From positions 124,001-188,000 of the forward strand of contig JAQGDQ010000179.1 in assembly GCA_030141605.1 (NCBI GenBank): a DNA stretch of 64,000 nucleotides, given 5' to 3'. Each line of letters starts with the position of its first letter. Position 1 is the first letter of the stretch. The notes beneath the pieces are model-generated. The model was not told the origin of the DNA and did no database searches. It worked only from the letters and a program-made list of their open reading frames with translations. Below are positions 46,101 through 64,000 of this stretch, piece by piece. The translations under genes were made by a program, and so were the position numbers. The DNA comes from Tubiluchus corallicola. Taxonomy: Eukaryota; Animalia; Priapulida.

Positions 46101-48828
46101 TGTTTCTGTAGCTTGCTTGTGTTCCTTAATCATAACTTTGTGTGACGTGTCAGTGTGGTGCCCAAATTCTGTGTAGAAGCTTTATGTGTCTCGCACAGGC
46201 TGCAGCTTTATAGGGTATTATGGGAAAACTATTTGAATGGTTCACTGTTGAATTTGTTTTGCAAAACTCACAAGCTTTTGTTTTTAAAACCGATCAACGG
46301 TGTGTTCTTCATTCTTTCTTCACAAATAGTTCTACAGCGGGGATGAGATCCAGGGATTTTCAAGCCACTCAGTTCGACCGGCTCGGATCAATCGATCATA
46401 CCACTCAAATTTGCAGTTTATTGAAGACCCGCGAAGTTTTCACACCAAAAATCGAGAGCATAATAGATCCTGTATTATTACAGCACTACTTTAATATAGT
46501 AATTTATTCTGCTGTAATACCCGGTATTTTTGTATCCCCAGCAAAAGGTTACATACCATCTTGGTTATTACAGGCCTACTATAGTTTTACTTCTATAATT
46601 CTATGGGAGTATTTATTACATACAAGAAAAGATAAAATTATAATGACACTACGTCTTATTGTTTCAGTGGTAATACATGGAGCAGAGCTCCTCTACATTT
46701 TTAACATACCTTACAAACCCGAGTTCAGAGTGTGCATAAATGAAGACCTGTGCATCGCTCCTGGCTGGTGGCTTTTCAACGAGAGGGACAGAGAATTCTC
46801 TACGTTCATGGCGACACTATGGACAAACTTTGCCAAATACGGGTAAATGTTATTTTCAAGGGCTGTGCCGTTAACCCTAGCAGTGGGTAGCATTTTACAA
46901 CCTTTTGTAAGACTATGTGAGTGTTTTGAAAGTTTTTAATAGCAGTTGAAAGAACTGAATGCTGTTTAAACATTTAATTAAACTACAAGAAACGGGGGAT
47001 TTATAACTGAGTTGTCACGGTGCGTGTTGTGCCACAATATGTAAATATGTAAATGAACGGACTCAAAAATTGGTTCTGGAGCTTGTGTGTGCAGAGTGGA
47101 AGCTGGAACACTGCACTGTCTATTGTTAGAAGATTAAATTTGATAATTAGACCTTTATCAATTGACTAATTTTAAACTTTGCCCTTCAGTGTTAGATTCT
47201 GGCTTGCAATGCGCCGAAATGTAGAAAAAAAGTAATAATGGCAGTTTCGTACACAGTGCTTTCCATGTGGAAACCACCAATTTTTTCTGGTTTGTCACTG
47301 CTTATTTTGTGACGAGCAATTAATGCAACTATTACACATGTAGGGACCCAACTCCCGGTGATGGTGTGCTCATGGCAAATGGCGAGAAGTTCAAATGGGA
47401 GCAAGTCACAGAAGAAGACGTCTATTTTGCTGCCTTGGATGAAGTGTCCACATCTGAAAAACCATTCATGCAGCGAGCAGCAAAGTTCTGGAACTGCCAA
47501 ATTTTTGCGTAAGCTAAATGCCAATTCATATACGTACAAAGTGATGTTTACTGGCATCCGGAACGCGTTATACGTTATAGGGGTGCGGAATAGATACAGT
47601 GGGTTTATATTGTTTTCAATGCATCCGTTTATCAGACCTGCGTTATGCGTTATTTTTTTCTGCAGCTATTTCCTATTGATTTTTGTACGCAGATATTCCG
47701 TTAGTGGATAACGCTCAACGCGTTCCGGTTGCCACGTAATTGCCACTTAATTCATTACGTTGCATTAATTAGTTGCATTACGCAATAAAGCAAAGTTAAC
47801 AAACAGGAACTATAGATAACGAGTTAGTTATTCGTAATGCTCATCATGTCAAGATTAATATTAATGGCAATGGTACAAACTCATAATTTGTTTCTTTAAT
47901 GCGAGCCATCTAGCTATGGAACTGCTTAATTTGGCTGGCCAGTTATAATGGATGAACTTTGGAACGGGAAACACTTAGGTTAATCACTAATACGGCGACT
48001 TAGTGGTCTGAGCTTCTAAAGAGTCTTCTTTGCAAGCAAAAGGTCGCGGCTGCATTCGAACTTTCTCACATTTCCTGTCTTTCAAAGTTTCGTATAAGAG
48101 TTTAATTAATTGTGAGTTTGTACCATCGTACATTACCGAAAGAAATGCATTTTGTTTATATTTTATTACTTCCTTTGGATAAATTACCAATTACCAAAGA
48201 TTGCTAAAACTGGACAAGTTTTAAGATAAAAATTCGAATTATAAATTTTGTCGAACGTGTGCAGTACGTCACAAACGAACAGCTTTGAATTTGAACTGAG
48301 AGGTACAGCACCTGTTTTTTGCGTCACGTTTCCTAAGTGCAGGCGCTAGTACCCGTTTAACTAGCGAATGGCGTCATGAATGTATTACATGTAATAGTGA
48401 AGAACAAGTGGCGCGATCGCGAAATTGCGTTTGTGTGATAATAATTCTTTTACGTAATTGACTCTTGTAAAACTAATATGTTCCCTTTCATTATTTTAAA
48501 ACAGTACATTGTTTTAACTTACAGTTAAAATTTAAGTCCGTTTTCCTTTAAAAAAATATATTTTTATTGCCGTAGGATGGACGAGAAAACAAACTGGCCA
48601 CTTCTTGAGGAGAAACCATCAAATTCTTTGCCTCTTGGTGACAACTGGCCGGAAGATTGCCAGTACAATCCAAACGAAAATCGTCATACCAAATCATCAG
48701 CCTCTTCCAAAGGCCATCAAAACAAAGAATTCGAGAGCAGAGAACTTGAAAAAATTATTTACGAAAGGACATATGAGAATTTGGCTGCTAGGAAGATATT
48801 GTCATACAAAGACAATGATAACAAATAA
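34168..48828 (+). CDS. Type-B carboxylesterase CES-B, tandem paralog of CES-A; signal peptide, no C-terminal TM; 11 exons, ~649 aa
   Basis: Exons: 34168-34359, 34687-34836, 35464-35620, 37297-37482, 38493-38692, 42513-42672, 45023-45210, 45849-45972, 46668-46842, 47344-47508, 48576-48828 (1950 nt). Internal exon sizes 150/157/186/200/160/188/124/175/165 are identical to CES-A. HGGG, GESAG, GVNKDEG and VIHGAEL are all present. Confidence 0.92.
35186..35227 (-). ncRNA. Minimal type-I hammerhead ribozyme motif (Penelope-like element type)
   Basis: Minus strand reads TTTCAG-CTGATGA-A-GTCC-TGAA-GGAT-GAAA-GCT-C-CTGTGAAA then AATAAA: catalytic core, stem II, palindromic AGCT in place of helix III, and stem I CAG/CTG. 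Confidence 0.6.
39094..41745. repeat. 25-bp minisatellite (GTTGAATGCAGTGGCAGTGTCTAGT), ~105 copies, in CES-B intron 5
   Basis: Period 25 read directly (unit starts at 39241, 39266, 39291); no unique spacers. Confidence 0.97.
41840..41922. repeat. (GAT)n microsatellite
   Basis: Directly visible. Confidence 0.9.
42030..42180 (-). mobile_element. tRNA-derived SINE
   Basis: Minus strand: A-box-like tagtctagtggtaa, degenerate B-box gagtttaatac, then core gggtcataccaaagacttcaaaaatagcacctgctg resembling a widespread metazoan SINE core domain. Confidence 0.65.
44457..44893. mobile_element. Non-autonomous hAT-type MITE
   Basis: TIRs CAGGGGCCGGAACTAG-like / CTAGTTCCGCCCCTG; perfect 8-bp TSD ttttgaat (44449-44456 and 44894-44901). 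Confidence 0.85.
45494..45860 (+). repeat. ~32-bp tandem array derived from the CES-B intron 7/exon 8 junction (~11 copies)
   Basis: Unit similar to ttttattgtctAG|ATGCTAAGTGAcacagttg; the last copy is the true acceptor at 45848/45849. Confidence 0.85.
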
Positions 48829-50574
48829 GACCAGAAACAATGTTCGCTTGTTTTTATTGATACTGCAATCGGCAGTGAATAAGAGTATAATGTCAAATTG
48901 TGCTATTAAGAGCCAAAAACAGCTTTCGCATTGAGTTCAATTTCTTATCTGAATTTTAATTTGATTTGATTAAATTTAAGCCTGAGCCAAGAAAGATAAA
49001 GCTGTTTCAGTAGCATACTTTTAAATTAAAAAGTGTGAATAGACCCATCGTAACAGGCTGACATTTTTATTTCTTTTTCTAAGATTTCATAACAAACAAT
49101 TAATTATTATAATCTTAGTGACAAAGTTATTATTAATGACAGCACAAATCCACGATTGTTTAAATTTCGATACCAAACCTGAAAGACAGAAAATGTGAAA
49201 AAGCTCGGCTACAACCTGGATTTGCACAAGGCGACTTCGACTTCGGCTTACAAGGCAGACTTCTTAGACCACTAGGCCACCATATTCCAGAATCTTTCTA
49301 CCAAGTAAAAGTTCTAATTTTTGCTTTATTTACCGAGTTCTTCATTTTTAAATTTACTTAAAATATCCCAGCTCTGTCCCATCGCTAATGTACAAAGCAA
49401 GACATAGTTGATACTGCGTTGATTTGTTGACAATTCTACACACACTCTGTCTAATTTATGCGCATTCACAATAATTTTATCATAATCCCACGACAGGCTA
49501 ATAAAATTAGTCCACTTGTCTAATTTATGCTCATTCCCAATAATTTGATCACAGTCCCACGGTAGGTAATAAAATTAGTCTGTGAGCGGATGGATCTCTA
49601 GAGCTCTACCATAATAAAATTACGTAATAAACAACGAAATTTTCAGTCAATCAGCTCAGTTAGTCAGATGATTAAATATTTGTGTCAGGGTTCGGTAGAT
49701 GGCAGTCCTGTTGAACTGTACCAGTACTCTAAATTGCAGTACATGGTTGCAGTCTATTCAGGTTCAAGCGCACTCCTCTTACACATTGCATTGAAGCCAA
49801 AGAGGGTGGCTTCTTTCGATACTGTTACCACGTGCCTCTCCGTGAGATCCTGTTTTCATCCTGCTTTTTTTTGAAAAGGATCTTCGTGTACAAAAAACAT
49901 GTTTTACTGTTATTGTGAACTTTGTGCTAATTTGTAGTCTCCCAGTATTAGCTTCACGGACATATTTTACTAGGTTATCGTGGGATTGTGATAGTCTGCA
50001 ACCGATAAAGCGAAGCATGTGGTTTTAGTGGCAAATGTAAAGTGTTAGAAAACAACAGAAAGAACATTTGCTTAAATGCTGTGAAGTGCAACAACGGGTT
50101 AGCTCGTTAATAAAGGCATAAGTGGATTATTTATGAGACTGTTTCAAATAAAACAATTATTATACTTGTTTGATTCAACCAATGGCCGGACATCAGAACT
50201 CTAAAAACGCGAGATTCTTAGATGTTTGCGAGGATGATCAAAACATCTAATATCCTCATCTGTTTCGTTGCTGTTCGCTGTTTATATCCAACGTTAACGT
50301 CATGAGATAATAAGTTCTATGTTCATAAAATTTTTGTTTTTTACTGTTTAACATTTTAAAAATTGAATGAAAATTTACATCAGCTAAGCTGTCATTCGCA
50401 TTTGTTTACTTCAAAAGAACTCGGTTAAATGTAGTAGTACATCAGGGCTTTACAAACGCATTTTATCAAATAAGTACCTTCAAAATTGCTAAAATTAGGA
50501 AATTTATTTTGGTATACGCTTAAACGGTCGTCGTACACCTTGTGCTTCTTTGCCAAAAAGAACCAGTGTTGCAT

Positions 50575-62366
<11,792 letters not shown>

Positions 62367-64000
62367 TCAGAAGCGGCATAAGGCTATCATTTAGTAGTTC
62401 AAGTACTATTGACACAGTAAATGATGAATTGAGCAGATCTCATCTGACTTCATATAAAGCTTCTTTGGAATTGAAAAAGAGAACCTATCGTCTAAAAGAA
62501 GTCAGTGACATTTCAGAGATCATTCATTGTTCTTATAGTAAGTTTGTCCTTATAGTAACTTTGTTCTTACAGTTCTTATACTACACTCTTCTTATAGTAC
62601 AGTAGTTTAAAATGACGCAAGTCTAGTAACAGAACAAAATTAACCAAATTATGATGTCACACAAAATTTCTTTCAATGTTTTAAAATTTGGTAGAAAACT
62701 TAGTATATTCTAAGACCGAGTTATTTCCTAAGCTCTTCTAGAGCCTCTCCAAGGGGCACAGACCATTTGGGCGCCAGACACTTGGACGCGAGACATTTGG
62801 CTTCCAGCGTCCACGCACGCTGCCTAATGTTGCTATGTGTGTACCGAGACTCGAATCATACAGGCATACATTATAAACTTATTTCTGCGCAAAGCTGTAA
62901 ATTGCTCAGTCTAGCAGGTTAAAATTATTAGAATCCTCGTCTCCCATATTTGACAGCCAATTTTTAAAGCATTTAAAGTTTTCTTAGGAAAAAAACAATT
63001 ATGTTCGCGAGTCCGTTCGTACAATTGAAGCTGGAAACAACTAACTAATATAGTCTGTGCAGCAAAATGGCTGCCGCTGAACATGTAATTATCAAGAACT
63101 TAGCAAGAGATATGCAAAAAAAGTTTGCAACAATTAGTTTTAATCTTAATATTGAAAATTGCACGGAGAAAAACAGTAATTTGGCTCGTTAATTGATCTG
63201 ATTGTTTTCGAGTTGGCGTCTAGTACGTAAACAACTACCCAACACATTTTATGTTTGTTTCTTCTTAAGCACACCACAATTCAATGCGTGGAGTACTATG
63301 ATATAATGCTAACTGAATTTCTGCATTAGTTGTACGGACGCTAAAATTTGATGTGAACTTTTGTGACTCACGTTTTTGTTATTTGTTGTTCCTGTGATCC
63401 ACTCGATATTTTTGAAATGAAATTTTGAAATAAAATGGTATCATATTTTCTTAATAAAATGTTAGTCTAAACTGGCGGCGTAATGTCTTCTCTGCTTCGC
63501 TCAATTTGAAAACTTCACGTAATACAAAAAGTGGAAAACCAAATCATGCACACTCGTTTGACTGGTTTTTTGATAATTTGTACTATATATTATAACTTTA
63601 TAGGACTTTAATAAGTTTAATTTAGTGAAGCGATCTTAAAAAATATTGTGAGCATCAGGAAAACAGTGAATCACTAAAAATTTACTAAACAAAAGTAAAA
63701 AATATGTAAAACATTAAGTTTTATTGGTGCCGAAATAACTCTGTAAAGCCCGAACCGCCTAAAGAGTTCGTCTGTCGATCTGTCCCAAGAGGAGGTTTGA
63801 AAAACTTTAGAACTATCAGGCACGGATAACGGTGGTCAAAATATGGTTCTAACCATGATTTCTGGGAGCTTAATAGCAAACTCAAGATTACGGCAAGATA
63901 TTGCCGCGGATCGACGGAGAAGAAGTCTTTCGTGATTTCCGTTTACATGCGGAAATCAATTGTAATGCTGCAGAGCAATCAGAGAACGCATTGGAAAGCA

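Noticed and set aside
46220-46667. N-terminal part of the 208-aa ORF 46220-46846
   Set aside because: Only 46668-46842 matches the paralogous exon; the upstream part is open intronic sequence.

Overview
AT-rich, intron-containing animal (probably invertebrate) genomic DNA; not prokaryotic. Reading splice sites by hand gives four spliced + strand genes: (1) a 10-exon OATP/SLCO organic-anion transporter (1455-11799); (2, 3) two tandem, paralogous 11-exon type-B carboxylesterases with identical internal exon sizes and intact Ser-Glu-His triads (CES-A 13142-30561, with a C-terminal TM anchor; CES-B 34168-48828, no anchor); (4) a 5-exon RASL12-like small GTPase (50575-62366). The standout feature is intron 6 of CES-A (19153-27351). 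It contains two intronless, same-strand genes for ionotropic-glutamate-receptor-family channels that lack the amino-terminal domain (IR-like). Both keep the carboxylate-binding Arg but lack the amino-binding acidic residue. The equivalent intron of CES-B has no such genes. This suggests, as a hypothesis only, a transporter + esterase + carboxylate-gated channel chemosensory module. Other observations: an inverted copy of SLCO exon 3 in the next intron, a tandem array of duplicated 3' splice sites before CES-B exon 8, minimal hammerhead-ribozyme motifs typical of Penelope-like elements, a 2.6-kb 25-bp minisatellite, and many MITE/SINE/LINE remnants. All homology calls are from motif recognition, not database searches.
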